Below, piece by piece: positions 24,601-37,368 of a stretch of 64,000 nucleotides of DNA. The stretch is from Eledone cirrhosa (lineage: Eukaryota), in NCBI GenBank assembly GCA_964016885.1, contig OZ024741.1:321532001-321596000 (forward strand). Reading direction: 5' to 3'. Under the pieces are notes generated by a model. It made no database searches. It was not told the origin of the DNA and worked only from the letters and a program-made list of their open reading frames with translations. Every line of letters starts with the position of its first letter. Positions within the stretch are counted from its first letter, which is position 1. A program made the position numbers and the translations under genes.

Positions 24601-26240
24601 GTTAGTTTTAGTGTTAAGATTAGTGTTAGAGATTGTGTTAGTGGTTGTTTTTGTGTTAATATTTGTGTTAGTATCTCTGTTAGCATTAGTGATTGATGTT
24701 TACATTAGTGTTAGTGATTGTGTTAGCGTTAGTCTTTGTTTTTGTGTTAATGTTAGCATTAGTATTTCTGTTAGTGTTAGCATGAGTGTTTGTGTTAGTG
24801 TTCAGGTTAATGTTAGCCTAATTTTCAGGTTAGTGTTAGTGTTCAAGTTAATGTTAGTTTTAGTGTTAGAGATTGTGTTAGTGTTTGTTTTTGTGTTAAT
24901 ATTTGTGTTAGTATCTCTGTTAGTGTTAGTTTTAGTGTAAGTGTTCAGGTTAGTGTTAGTTTTAGTGTTAAGGTTAGTGTTAGTATTTGTTTTTGTGTTA
25001 GTATCTCTGTTAGCATTAGTGTTTGATGTTTCCATTAGTGTTAGTGATTGTGTTAGCATTAGTCTTTGTTTTTGTGTTAAGGTTAGCATTAATGTTAGCA
25101 TTAGTATTTCTGTTAGTGTTAGCATTAGTATTTATGCTAGTGTTCATGTTAATGTTAGCTTAGTTTTCAGGTTAGAGTTAGTGTTCAAGTTAATGTTAGT
25201 TTTAGTGTTAGTGTTGAGGTTAGTGTTAGAGATTGTGTTAGTGTTTGTTTTTGTGTTAATATTTGTGTTAGTATCTCTGTTAGCATTAGTGTTTGTTTTA
25301 GTGTTGAAGTTAATGTTAGCTTAGTTTTCTGGTTAGTATCAGTTTTCAGATTAGTGTTACTTTTAGTGTTAGTGCTCAGGTCAGTGTTAGTGTTTATGGT
25401 AGTGTTAGTTTTAGTGCTAGTGTTCAGGCTAATGTTTGTGCTAATTTTAGTTTTAGTGTTAGTGTTCAGGTTAGTGTTAGTGTTTTTTTAGTGTTTGTTT
25501 TTATGGTAGTGTTAGCGTTTGTGTTACTGTTTATGGTAGTGTTAGTTTTAGTGCTAGTGTTTAGGTTAATGTTAGTTTTAGTGTAAGTGTTCAGGTTAGT
25601 GTTAGTATTAATGTTAGTTTTAGTGTTAAGGTTAGTGTTAGAGATTGTGTTACTGTTTGTTTTTGTGTTAATATTTGTGTTAGTATCTCTGTTAGCATTA
25701 GTGTTTGATGTTACCATTAGTGTTAGTGATTGTGTTAGCGTTAGTCTTTGTTTTTGTGTTAAGGTTAGCGTTAATGTTAGCATTAGTATTTCTGTTAGTG
25801 TTAGCATTAGTGTTTATGTTAGTGTTCAGGTTAATGTTAGCTTAGTTTTCAGGTTAGAGTTAGTGTTCAAGTTAATGTTAGTTTTAGTGTTAGTGCTCAG
25901 ATTAGTGTTACTTTTAGTATTAGTGCTCAGGTCAGTGTTAGTGTTTATGGTAGTGTTAGTTTTAGTGCTAGTGTTCAGGCTAATGTTTGTGCTTATGTTA
26001 GTTTTAGTGTAAGTGCTCAGTTTAGTGTTAGTGTTTGTATTAGTGTTTACGGTAGTGTTAGTTTTAGTGCTGGTGTTCAGGTTAGTGTTAGTGTCAGTTT
26101 TAGTGTTAGTGTTCAGGTTAGTGTTTCTGTTAGTTTTCTATTTAATGTTAGTTTCCATATTTTGTGTTTGTGTTAGTTTTCATGTTAGCGCTAAGTTCAC
26201 TGTTAGAGCATGTGTGAGTGCAAGTGTTAGGGTAAGTATT
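21640..26240. repeat. Complex degenerate hexamer satellite (GCGTCA/GCGTTA grading into GTTAGT)
   Basis: 6-bp periodicity throughout, giving only low-complexity ORFs. Paralogous to ~50190-54500. Confidence 0.85.
23962..24312 (+). mobile_element. tRNA-derived SINE with RTE-type tail, near full length
   Basis: GGAGGCACATGGCTTAGTGGTTAGAGC (A box), GAGTTCAGTCC (B box), core, RTE 3' UTR and (TGA)n. Absent from the paralogous site near 53400. Confidence 0.85.
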
Positions 26241-26589
26241 ATTTTTAAAGTTAGGTTTTCTAATTTCCAGGAAAAAAGTTGATCCTCTCTAACTTGAGTG
26301 GTGTGATATAGTGTGGTAAAGTATAGTGTTTCATAGTCTTGTGTGGTGTTGTCTATTGTTGTATAGTGTAGTATGGTATATTGTTTCATAGCATGGTCTG
26401 ATGTGAGGTCGTACAGTGTTTCGTAGTGTGGTGTTGGATAAGGTGGTATGGTATAATGTTTGTCAGTGTGGTGTGGTATGGTATAGGTTGATGTAGTGTG
26501 GCTTAGTTTGATTATAATAATACAAATAATAATAACAATAATAATAGTAATAATAATTGTTCTTCTTGTTCATTTTCTATGTCTTTTTC

Positions 26590-26690
26590 TGTGCCTTTGA
26601 TTGCTTCTGTGCTTTTGACTGCTTCTGTGCCTTTGACTTCTTCTGTGCCTTTGACTGCTTCTGTGCCTTTGACTTCTTCTGTGCCTTTAT
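26590..26690. repeat. 18-bp minisatellite (TTCTTCTGTGCCTTTGAC)n
   Basis: About 5 units. Expanded version at 54863-55105. Confidence 0.85.
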
Positions 26691-27594
26691 CTTCTCCTCT
26701 GCCATCTAATCTAAATACCAAAAACAAAGAATGTAAAACATATGTGTTGCCTATCTCTCAGACTTTACAAAGTGCTGAGGAGATAAAGTTAATTTAAAGA
26801 ACAGTGTGCTCATGCACTGTGATCCTATAATGTAGCTTATAAGCTATTTCATAACTAAAAAACAATATCAAACATCAACAAAAGTATATACAAATATCTT
26901 TGAATGTTTAAGTTAAACCTAAATAGATCGTATCTACAGGTCATTAGGTTAAGGCTGAACTAAGATCCTATCTATAAATCATTAGGTTTAGACTGAACTG
27001 AGATCATACTTTCTTCTTCTTTTCGTCATCTTCGTTTCCCGTGTCTTCTTTGTCTTTGTTGTCATTTTCATTTTAGTCGTCTGCTTCGTCGTCTTTTTCT
27101 TCTTTTCCATCTAAATATAAAAAAAAATTGTAAACAATTATATAGCTGATCTCTCAGACTTTCACGAAACACCGAGGAGATAGTTAATATAACGAGTGGG
27201 GAGCTCATATATATATATATATATATGGTATAGCATGGTGTTATGTGGTCTGGTGTGGTACAACATGATGTGATGTGGTGTGGTATGATATGGTGAGGCA
27301 GGGAGGGGAGGGACACAACGTTAGATTAATGTTAACAATACACATGTAGCATCCACATGTGATGAGAAGGGGGAAACAGTGTTTAACTAATTTTAACATT
27401 ACATGTAGCATCCATCTACAGGTGATTAAGTTAAGACTGAGGTGTAATCATATGAAAAGGTCAATTTAAAACTACACTGAGATTCTGCTTAAAATGATGG
27501 TCAATGAAGTGTTTACTTACTCAAACCCTTTGAAATAACTTTCTTTCTCTTACTGTAACTGGACATACCTACGAAATAGAAAACAGTCGAATAG

Positions 27595-27932
27595 ACAGTA
27601 GTGTGGTGTGGTGTAGTGTGATGTGGTGTAGTGTAGTGTGGTTTAGTGTAGTGGACAGTGGTGTGGTGTAGTGTAGTGGAGTGTGGTTTAGTGTAGTGGA
27701 CAGTGGTGTGGTGTGGTGGAGTGGAGTGTGGTTCAATGTAGGGTGGGGGATATGGTGTAGTGGAGTGTGGTGGGATGTAGTGTGGTAGCATGTGGTGTGA
27801 TGGCATGTGATGTGATGTGGCGTGGCGTGGTGAAATGTGATGTGATATGATGAAATGTGGTGTGGTGTGGTGAAATGAGGTGAGAGGAGGTAATGGCGTG
27901 CGGAGTGATTTGATGTGGTGTGATGTGATGTG
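27595..27932. repeat. (GTGGT/GTGAT)n pentamer satellite
   Basis: Directly visible. Also at ~28900-29470, ~57200-57570 and ~58660-58990. Confidence 0.9.
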
Positions 27933-28257
27933 AAATTTTTTCATCCTATTTTTCATGTGCTATCAACTAATCCAATCTCCAAGATTCTTGAAACTGACTT
28001 TTTCCCAGGAAAACAGCGGGGTGAGGTGGTGCCCCCTTCACCCGGATAACCCCTGCTTACTCGGAATTTTCTCTTTGATTCTATTTTCATGCGTTATCAG
28101 TGAATATGACTTCCAAACCAGTCAAAGACAACTAGCTTTGGAGAAAGAGGAGAGGGAGAGGGGAAGAGTTTTGCAGATCTACACCCCCACTCACATGTTG
28201 TGGGACTTAATCATTTTCGGTATATTTCCTAGATGCTTCCAATCAACTTATTTCCCT

Positions 28258-28525
28258 GGGTTAGGTTTAGGGTTGGGGTAATGTTTAGGGTTTAGTTTTA
28301 GGGTTGGGGTAATGTTTAGGGTCTAGTTTTAGGGTTGGGGTAAAGTTTAGGGTTTAGTTTTAGGTTTGGGGTAAAGTTTAGGGTTTAGTTTTAGGTTTGG
28401 GGTAATGTTTAGGGTTTAGTTTTATGGTTGGGGTATAGTTTAGGGTTTAGTTTAAGGGTTGGGGTAATGTTTATATTTAGATTTAGCTTGGTTTGGTTTA
28501 GATTTAGAGTTTAGGGTTGGGGCTA
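28258..28525 (+). repeat. ~31-bp TTAGGG-rich minisatellite
   Basis: Unit TTAGGGTTTAGTTTTAGGGTTGGGGTAATGT. Paralog at ~57972-58300. Confidence 0.85.
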
Positions 28526-29737
28526 GATTTAATTTTATGTTTAATTTAGTTTTAGTTTCCACATCCCAGGAAAAAAATTGATTCAGAGCAACTGAAAGGT
28601 CAGATTAGTTGATAGCACTCAAAAGGAGACCGAAGAAAAATCATTAGGGTATATATCTACAAAACGAAAATGGTTTTTCCACCTGCTTTACCCCTCCTTT
28701 TTTCTAGAACAACTAATCATTTCCAACTGGTTTGGAGGTCACATTCGTTGATAACATACGAAAAATCTTAGAGAAAACTCTGGGGGTTAAATGAGAGAAG
28801 TGCATCCACCTAAGTTTTCCATGAAGAGAGAGTCAATAACAAAGATCTTGGAGATCAGATTAGTTGATAACACATGAAAAAAAGATGAGGAAAAAATGTT
28901 GGGTGTTATGTGGTGTGGAGTAGTGTGGTGTGTTTTTATGCGGAGTGATGTAGTGAGGAGTGGTGTGTTGTGTTGTGGTGTTATGTGGTGTGGAGTAGTG
29001 TGGTGTGTTGTAGTGAGGAGTGGTGTGTTGTGTTGTGGTGTTATGTGGTGTGGAGTAGTGTGGTGTATTCTTATGTGGAGTGATGTAGTGAGGAGTGGTG
29101 TGTTGTGTTGTGGTGTTATGTGGTGTGGGTAGTGTGGTGTGTTTTTATGTGGTGTAGTGTGGTGTGTTCTTATGTGGTGTGATGTAGTGAGGTGTGGTGT
29201 GTTGTGTTGTGGTGTGGAGTAGTGTGGTGTGTTGTAGTGAGGAGTGGTGTGTTGTGGTGTGTTTTTATGTGGAGTAGTGTGGTGTGATGTAGTGAGGAGT
29301 GGTGTGTTGTGGTGTGTTTTTATGTAGAGTGGAGTAGTGAGGAGTGGTGTGTTGTGTTGTGGTGTTATGTAGTGTGGTGTAGTGTTGTATGTTTTTGTGT
29401 GGTGTGGTGTGATGTGGTGCGGTGCACTGCGATGTGGTGCGGTGCGGTGCAGTGTGGTGTTGTGCAGTGAGGTTCTTCATCTTTATCTTTCTCTTCTTCA
29501 TCTTTGTATTCATCTTCTTTGTTTTGTCTTCCATCTAAACAAAAAAATATATATATAAAACATATATGTAGCCAATCTCTCAGACTTTTACAAAGCTCCA
29601 AGGAGATAACTTTAATATAAGTGGTGTGTTCCTGAACAGAGATACTACAACATAGCTTAAAAGCTATATATATACACATATATATATATATATATAAATA
29701 AATATACACGGGTGTGTATGATTGTGTATAGAAGATT

Positions 29738-30185
29738 ATATTAAGTGTTAATTGAACAAGTAATTTCATGCTTTCGCAATCTTCAGGTTCATAGCTAAAT
29801 AAACAATAATAATTCTTAGGGGTATAAAAACCCTAGAAAATCTTATTTACATCATTTCTAAAAATAGCAAAACAATTGATGCTTTGGATAGAGCCAAATA
29901 GAAGTCGTTAGACATGCTCAACCAACCATGACGCCTAAACCAATCAGCTTCAGTAATCCAGTAAAACTACACACCAATTGGTCGAAATACAGTTTTCAAA
30001 ATTTAGCATTCTGTAGCCACTTTTCACTGTATATAAGGCACAAAATTTACCCATCTCATTACAGTTGAAAATTGCAAACTTGGCTGTCACCACAGAATAT
30101 GAACCTAAAGATTGCGAAAGCATGAAAGTACTTGTTCAATTAACATTTAACACTTAATATTCTACCATACTATTCAGATTACATT
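29738..30185 (+). mobile_element. Penelope-like pseudo-LTR remnant (deleted version of 59340-60415)
   Basis: Short inverted arm 29738-29792 fused to the long arm. Matches 60026-60415. Confidence 0.7.
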
Positions 30186-30804
<619 letters not shown>

Positions 30805-31189
30805 ACTTGACGATGAGCATTCTAGTTGTTCAATAAACTGATTGAATAATACAAACGATGTTTTAATATACAGATTCATTATTTGTGTATATATAATATA
30901 TACAAAGCATATAAATAAATTTACAGTAGAATAACATAGCAAATATGTTTTAAATATATACATAAATAACATTACCAATGCTTAAATAACATTATAAATT
31001 GCTCGCGATTCTTTCAGAAGGATATATTCCTTTAATGTTGCAATATTAAAGAAAATATACGTATATATATACATACATATATTTATTCAACTAAGGAAAG
31101 TTGGTTGATTGAAAATCTGCCGACTCTTTCATAAGAGATGACAAACACTCAACAGTTTATGTTTATCCGGAGTTTTATTATAATAATTG

Positions 31190-31290
31190 TTTCTACTTTG
31201 GCACAAGGCCAGAAATTACTCAGTGTATTACTGGTACTTTATTTTATCGACCCCATAAGGATAAAAGGCAAAGTTAACCTCGCCGGGTTA
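31190..31290. mobile_element. Fragment of a second SINE-like family (also ~34920-35150 and ~38045-38150)
   Basis: Recurrent GGCACAAGGCC..., AAGGATGAAAGGCAAAGTTAACCTC and ATTTGAACTCAGA motifs. Resembles an abundant octopus repeat (from memory, unverified). Confidence 0.55.
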
Positions 31291-31558
31291 TAATAATAAA
31301 CAAGAAAGACGGTATCATTTGCCCATCCCTATTTATTTTACTATGCGTATTTCATTTGTATAACGTCTGCCCTACGTGTTCTCATATCAACGGATATCAA
31401 CGAATATCTCATATCAACGGATATTTACATTTTGCATGGATTTTTGTCGGAAGAAAACACGTAGGGCAGATATTATAGAAATGACATATGTCTTCGAAAT
31501 AAGTATAATAAAATTAATAGGGATGAACAAGTGAACCGTCTTTCTTCTTTATTATTAT
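31291..31558. mobile_element. Imperfect foldback / MITE
   Basis: Inverted arms TAATAATAAACAAGAAAGACGG...TCTGCCCTACGTGTT vs AACACGTAGGGCAGA...CCGTCTTTCTTCTTTATTATTA. Confidence 0.65.
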
Positions 31559-31588
31559 ATATACACACACACATATATATATATATAT

Positions 31589-32395
31589 ATGTTGAAAAGG
31601 TAACACACTAGAGAGAGATATACAGTGCGCTATCAATAAAACAGGGAAAAAACCACCAGTGTATGGAATCTATAACCTATGAAAGACAGACTATAGACAC
31701 GATAATTAAAAATATAAATTAAAGCGTAAATAAATACCTCTGCAACTATATAACACGTACAAATCCAAAGAGATCTGTTTCGCCAGTAAGTTGTTGGCAG
31801 AAATGGAATAACCCCAGTTGCTCAGCGTGTATAAGGCTATACATTTCAGACAACACTAAGAGAATTTTAAAAGTGACTGTCCAGCTACACGTGGGAGAGA
31901 GAAGTCACAGCGTGTTTAAGGGCAGTGAACCAGTGGCCTCTGAGGGACGAGCTACTAGAAAGGGCAACCCAAAACAACTCAGAGAAGTGTGCTCAACCAA
32001 ACAGAGGGATAGGAAAGACTGCTATAAGGAGCGAAATATCACGATAAATTAACGGAGCCATAGACCCTTGCCATTCCCTGTAAATAATATGCTCAAAGGA
32101 GAAGAAATCCTGAGCTCTATAAAATACAATATGTTGAAAAGGTAACACACTAGAGAGAGATATACAGTGCGCTATCAATAAAACAGGGAAAAAACCACCA
32201 GTGTATGGAATCTATAACCTATATAAAGGAAGACTATAGACACGATAATTAAAAATATAAATTAAAGCGTAAATAAATACCTCTATAACTATATAACACA
32301 CGTACAAATCCAAAGAGATCTGTTTCGCCTTTAAGTTGTTGACAGAATTGGAATAACCCCGGTTCCTCAGCTTCAGACAACACTGAGAGAATTTT
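31589..32395. repeat. Direct repeat pair of ~270 bp, ~540 bp apart
   Basis: ATGTTGAAAAGGTAACACACTAGAGAGAG... begins at ~31589 and ~32131. Confidence 0.8.
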
Positions 32396-32678
32396 GGCGC
32401 CAAACTTTTCCTTTTGAAAGAATAATGTGATTTGTCACGTGATATTACCTCTAAATATGTGAATACATACACAGCATTCTCCTCACGAAGGGCGAGAGTG
32501 GCGATCGCAAACATATATACATATACACGCAAACACATACACATCACACATATATATATACACGCAGAAACACACACATACAATAACGACGAGTACTACG
32601 AATCTGGAGGAGCGAATGATGGAGAAGATGAAGCTCTCTGCCGCAGAATAAATGGTATTTAATTTTAATAATAATACT

Positions 32679-32737
<59 letters not shown>

Positions 32738-32824
32738 GGAGGTGAGTTTTATCGTAGTACAATAAAGCAATGCAGATATCGGATAAGAAGCACTCTACAA
32801 TTTGTAGGACTGGAGTATAAATAA

Positions 32825-33182
32825 TATATAAGATCAAAAGATGGTTAAAAGAGTTCCATGTATTTTATTATGCGCATTTCAAAAACAAATATCATCATGC
32901 AATAACATTTGCGTTTTCGTCAGATAAAATAGGGAGACATGATATGAAGGTTAAAATACACTTGTAAATAGTGCAGTTTTAATGATATGTTGATTTAATG
33001 TAATGTTGATATATATATAATGATATGTTAATTTAAAACTGCACTATTCACAAGTGTATTTTAATCTTCATATCATGTCTCCCTATTTTATCTGACGAAA
33101 ACGCAAATGTTATTGCATGATGATATTTGTTTTTGAAATGCGCATAATAAAATACATGGAACTCTTTTAACCATCTTTTGAT

Positions 33183-33190
<8 letters not shown>
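32825..33190. mobile_element. Foldback MITE with ~155-bp near-perfect TIRs in a TA tract
   Basis: TATAAGATCAAAAGATGG...GTGCAGTTTTAA vs TTAAAACTGCAC...CCATCTTTTGATCTTATA. Confidence 0.8.
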
Positions 33191-33223
<33 letters not shown>

Positions 33224-33298
33224 GAATTGATTATCATTATCGTTTTTATGGCAAAAGATAGACAGAGAGGGAAAGAGATAGACAGAGGGAAAGATTTT

Positions 33299-33348
<50 letters not shown>

Positions 33349-33723
33349 AGAAAAACGAGAAAAAACGAGACCCTTAGAAACGAATAAGAGTCATCAAAGC
33401 GATCATATGTATTGCTTTAAACTGTAATGCGAAGGGATGCACTAGTATTTGAGGTACCATCATTTGGGATTTTAACCCCCGGACTTTTCCCTCCCGGTTT
33501 TGAAATTTAGGGAAAATTTAGGGGTGACTGGGAATATTTCATAATGTAGGGATTTTCTTTTCCTTTTCTATCATTTCTTATTTATGTATTTATATATTTA
33601 TTTATCTACTCTCGTGATTGATATTCCGACAAATGTTAGGGGTGTATTTTGGTTTTTTATTATGTCAGGTATAGCATCCAAAAATTTCTCCCTTCCCCCA
33701 ATATATATATATATATATACAAA

Positions 33724-33802
33724 CACAGTGTCCCAAAAAATGTATACACATTTCAACAGCAAAGTAATCAAAGTGTGTATATATGTTGGAGGGGACACCG
33801 TG
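33724..33802. mobile_element. Tc1/mariner-type MITE (degenerate copy of 5389-5466)
   Basis: CACAGTGTCCCAAAAAATG...GGGACACCGTG. Confidence 0.65.
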
Positions 33803-33848
33803 TGTATATATATATATATATGTGTGTGTGTGTATGTGTAACTAGTAA

Positions 33849-34087
33849 AACTGTAAAAATGCAGCGGTATATTCTAATTTGGCCCTTTTAAGGGCCACAT
33901 ATATTTTCATTTAAGTAACTCCACTTACATCTATATGCTTTAATAAAAAAAAAATAATAAAAAACGCGTGAAAAAAAAAAATTTTTTCATTTAAGTAACT
34001 CCACTTACGCGTGGTAGTAATACGGAAATAAACGATGTTTTGCTTTCATCGGCTGCTTCGACTGACAGCTAATAGCGTTGTAGTGCC
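33849..34087 (+). mobile_element. Merlin-like terminal fragment with histone stem-loop
   Basis: Stem-loop GGCCCTTTTAAGGGCC at 33881-33896 plus flank. Ends in TIR CTGACAGCTAATAGCGTTGTAGTGCC at 34087. Confidence 0.78.
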
Positions 34088-35639
34088 GAGTATTGATGTG
34101 ATATAAATATTTTAACTGATGAGATAGTAAATTTATTCTAATTGTTCTCTATACCAAGACACCAGTCATAACATCGTTACGAAAGAGTTTTCTTCGGCAG
34201 CGAAGCTTCCCGTGTTTATTGTATATAAACAATGTTTATGTCTTCATACACAGCGTTATGTTTAAACGCTGTCTTTATGCTACAGCCAATTAAATATAAC
34301 CAGCCGACGAAGGCTGTGCTTGACGTCCCATTCTCCGAGTGCTTCTTTCGGTCTTCGCAAAAAGACGCTGTGGAAAAACGTGCCTGGCAAACTGCGACGA
34401 CACCTATTCAATGTCGAGGAAAAGCTGGAGACGTGTCCTCATCGCATCGTCAGAAATGGCATGCCCAGTCCACGTTGTGGGTTTTCAGCGAATGGACTGT
34501 CTGACCAATGGCACGTTTCCCTTCCATAGAAAGCGAAAGAGCAAATGCTCCAGTGCGGTCAGACGCGGACCATAACGACAAGATGGTAGGTCAGTAGTAG
34601 TTGTACGCATTTGCCACATCTGCCCGACCTTTCTGTCCATTTCTGGGGGGGGGGGGGGGGAGTAGCCAATCTAGTCGTTACCCCGTCCCAGTTCCTATCC
34701 ACCTGGAGGTCTATACCGAATAAGACCCCAATGTTAACCAGTCCGTCCATCCAAGGTATAATCGATCGACAAGATCCCAGACCTCATTCGCTTGCCAAGT
34801 GAGGTAGACCAAGTAAACAATGTTTTCATTGTTGATACTATCTACCGGTCGCATCATCTGGCAGAAAGAGCAACGTGAAATAAAGGACACAACGCAACAC
34901 CCGGTCCGAGAATAATAATTTCTACTAAAGGCACAAGGCCAGCAATTTTTGGGGAAGGGAAACTCAAATAAACCCTGGTGCAATAATAATAATTGTTTCT
35001 ACTTTTGAACTCAGACCATAAAGGGCCGTAACTCTTTGCTTGCCGACCCTCTACCGGTACTGCCAATCCACTTAATTTTATGGACCCCGTAAGGATGGCA
35101 CAGCTAACCTCTACGGGATTGGGATTTGAACTCAGAATGTAAAGGGCCATAATTATATGCGCGAAGCTCAATAATGATGCTGTAATTAAAATAAAGAATA
35201 AGAGATCTTGAACGTTTAGCAGGAAAACAATTATTGAGTTGGAGGAGGAAATTGCAGTTATCTCCCATGGACCATTACAACTTGACAATCTATTGAATTT
35301 TATTGCAAAAAAATATATCTTGTAGTAAAAAAAAAAAAACTGCAATATTCACAGCAACGAGGAAAAAAAGAGGGCAAAGTAAGAAAAGAAAAAAGGGAAT
35401 TAAGCAACGAAAGGAAGAGGGATGGGGGGATTGCACAGACTCTACATCTCAGTTTGAACAGTGTTTCGGTGCGTCCGGCGGGTAAAATGGTAAAGGTATT
35501 GCCAGCGACACCCGCTAACAATTATGAATGATACCATAGAAAATTTTCATTATATTTTCATGTGGTTTTTGAAATCTTACAAGTTGGAAATTTGTTAAGG
35601 AACAATCAGAAAAAATTTATAAAAATTGAAGCCCAGGTC

Positions 35640-35960
35640 TTTACCGAGAAATAGCAACCGAATTGAGGGTGAAGGGTATAAAAAGTGTCATAGAAGTGGT
35701 TTTTACACGTGTTAGAAATAGAAGCTAAATTAAAAATAGAAATAGCAGCCACATTTAGGGTAACCGGTAAAAGTGGTCTTTCTACGTGCTAGAAATGGCA
35801 GTCAACTTGATGGTGAAGAGTATAAAGAGTGTCAGAAGTGGTTTTTACACGTGCTAGAAATAGCAGCCACATTCGGGATAAACGGTAAAAAGGTCTTTAC
35901 GTGCTAGAAATAACATTTAAATTCAGGGTGAAAGGTCAGAGAAAGACGTGGAAAGCCCTA
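35640..35960. repeat. Degenerate tandem repeat
   Basis: ACGTGCTAGAAAT-like motif recurs at ~35707, 35784, 35849 and 35899. Confidence 0.55.
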
Positions 35961-36723
35961 CTTTTTCCACCATTATTTTCATTTTCGTCTCGTCCAATCT
36001 TCCGAAATATACTGAGATACGAGAAAACTCCGAGGGTCTCCAGTTTTCTAAAAAGAATGAGTGGATTCCAACGGATTTGTAGGTCAGATTCGTTGAAAAC
36101 ACGAAACAGCCTAGAAAAAAAAAATTCCCACTGAACGAGAGATGAGAGTAGATATGTAAATTTTCCAATTAAGAATCAAATCAATAGAAATTATTGAAGT
36201 ATAATTTTTTTAAATATAGTAATTAATTTGTGAAACGCTCTACCGATTCCACAACTAAGCACCCAATGTTACAGGATGAGATAATTCATGGAATTTTCCT
36301 TCTCTTTGGAAGATTTTGCCATTATTGTAGGAGAGATGGCTGATAGTAACACAATTAGACCCCGTACTGCCGAGCTCCTCCGCAAGATTGGCTCGCTGGC
36401 AGGCCGTCTGAGGAAGCAGCTCGCGCGGTACAATCCCATTACCACCGCATCTAATCACACTCACCCCTTTCCATTTTTGTGACACTAGAGCCCTTGCCTT
36501 TCCCTTCCTTTTTCGATTTTTAAAAAATATTTTCTTGTTTTACATTCCATTCTTTCTTCTCAAGCAATTTTTTTTTCTTTTTCTATTTAAATTGCATTTA
36601 CATGATATAGTTTTACACAGAAAAAGTTCCTTTCTACAATTTATGAGTATGTTTAGCTTGAGAAGTGATTATGATAGTTTATAAATAAGATAATATTAAT
36701 TAATAACTAAATTTCTAGTAGAT

Positions 36724-36944
36724 AAGTTTATAGTTGACAGATAAACTCACCAGCGCAGATTCTCTTAGTAATTTAGCGCTTTGTAATTTCATTGGAAGAA
36801 ATTGATGGCTCAGTAAATCATGTGACCACAGAATGCTATTTTTAACTGTCTATTTCTGGAGCCCATTTTTGGTTTTAAAGGCAGAAAGCAATACAATGGT
36901 TCACTTTATTTTCCATAATCGTTGTTTAAATCATATCTACCATT
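36724..36944. promoter_or_regulatory. H2A promoter retaining the H2B-facing half of the bidirectional promoter
   Basis: 36724-36826 aligns by eye with the reverse complement of 9957-10058, including the H2B TATA. Confidence 0.75.
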
Positions 36945-37322
36945 ATGTCTGGACGTGGTAAAGGAGGAAAAGTAAAGGGAAAGAGCAAGACTCGTTCTTC
37001 TCGTGCTGGACTTCAGTTCCCCGTTGGTCGTATCCATCGTCTTCTCCGTAAAGGAAACTATGCTCAACGCATTGGTGCCGGCGCTCCAGTCTACTTAGCT
37101 GCTGTAATGGAATATTTGGCAGCTGAAGTTTTGGAGTTAGCAGGAAATGCTGCCAGAGATAACAAGAAATCCAGGATTATTCCCCGTCACTTGCAGTTGG
37201 CCATCCGTAATGATGAAGAATTGAACAAACTTTTGTCTGGAGTAACCATCGCCCAGGGTGGTGTCCTTCCTAACATCCAGGCTGTACTTCTCCCCAAGAA
37301 GACCCAGAAAGCCGCCAAATAA
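36945..37322 (+). CDS. H2A: Histone H2A, canonical (125 aa), orphan copy
   Basis: Identical to the 9477-9854 protein except QRIG vs QRVG. Confidence 0.99.
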   Translation: MSGRGKGGKVKGKSKTRSSRAGLQFPVGRIHRLLRKGNYAQRIGAGAPVYLAAVMEYLAAEVLELAGNAARDNKKSRIIPRHLQLAIRNDEELNKLLSGVTIAQGGVLPNIQAVLLPKKTQKAAK

Positions 37323-37352
37323 ATACATTTTCAGAGTGTATTTTTCACCAAC

Positions 37353-37368
37353 GGCCCTTTTTAGGGCC
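37353..37368 (+). terminator. Histone 3' stem-loop of H2A
   Basis: GGCCCTTTTTAGGGCC followed by AC. Confidence 0.93.

Larger units (their letters stand above)
16620..30185 (+). repeat. Segmental duplication, copy 1 (paralogous to ~41425-60415)
   Basis: Same ordered series of Helitron-like element, RTE piece, SINEs, CR1 piece, satellites and Penelope end, with shared junctions. Confidence 0.88.

Noticed and set aside
23749-26282. Hydrophobic VLVL ORFs resembling membrane proteins
   Set aside because: They are translations of the GTTAGT satellite.
28258-28525. True telomere or chromosome fusion site
   Set aside because: The unit is a degenerate 31-mer rather than a pure (TTAGGG)n array, and it has a single orientation.
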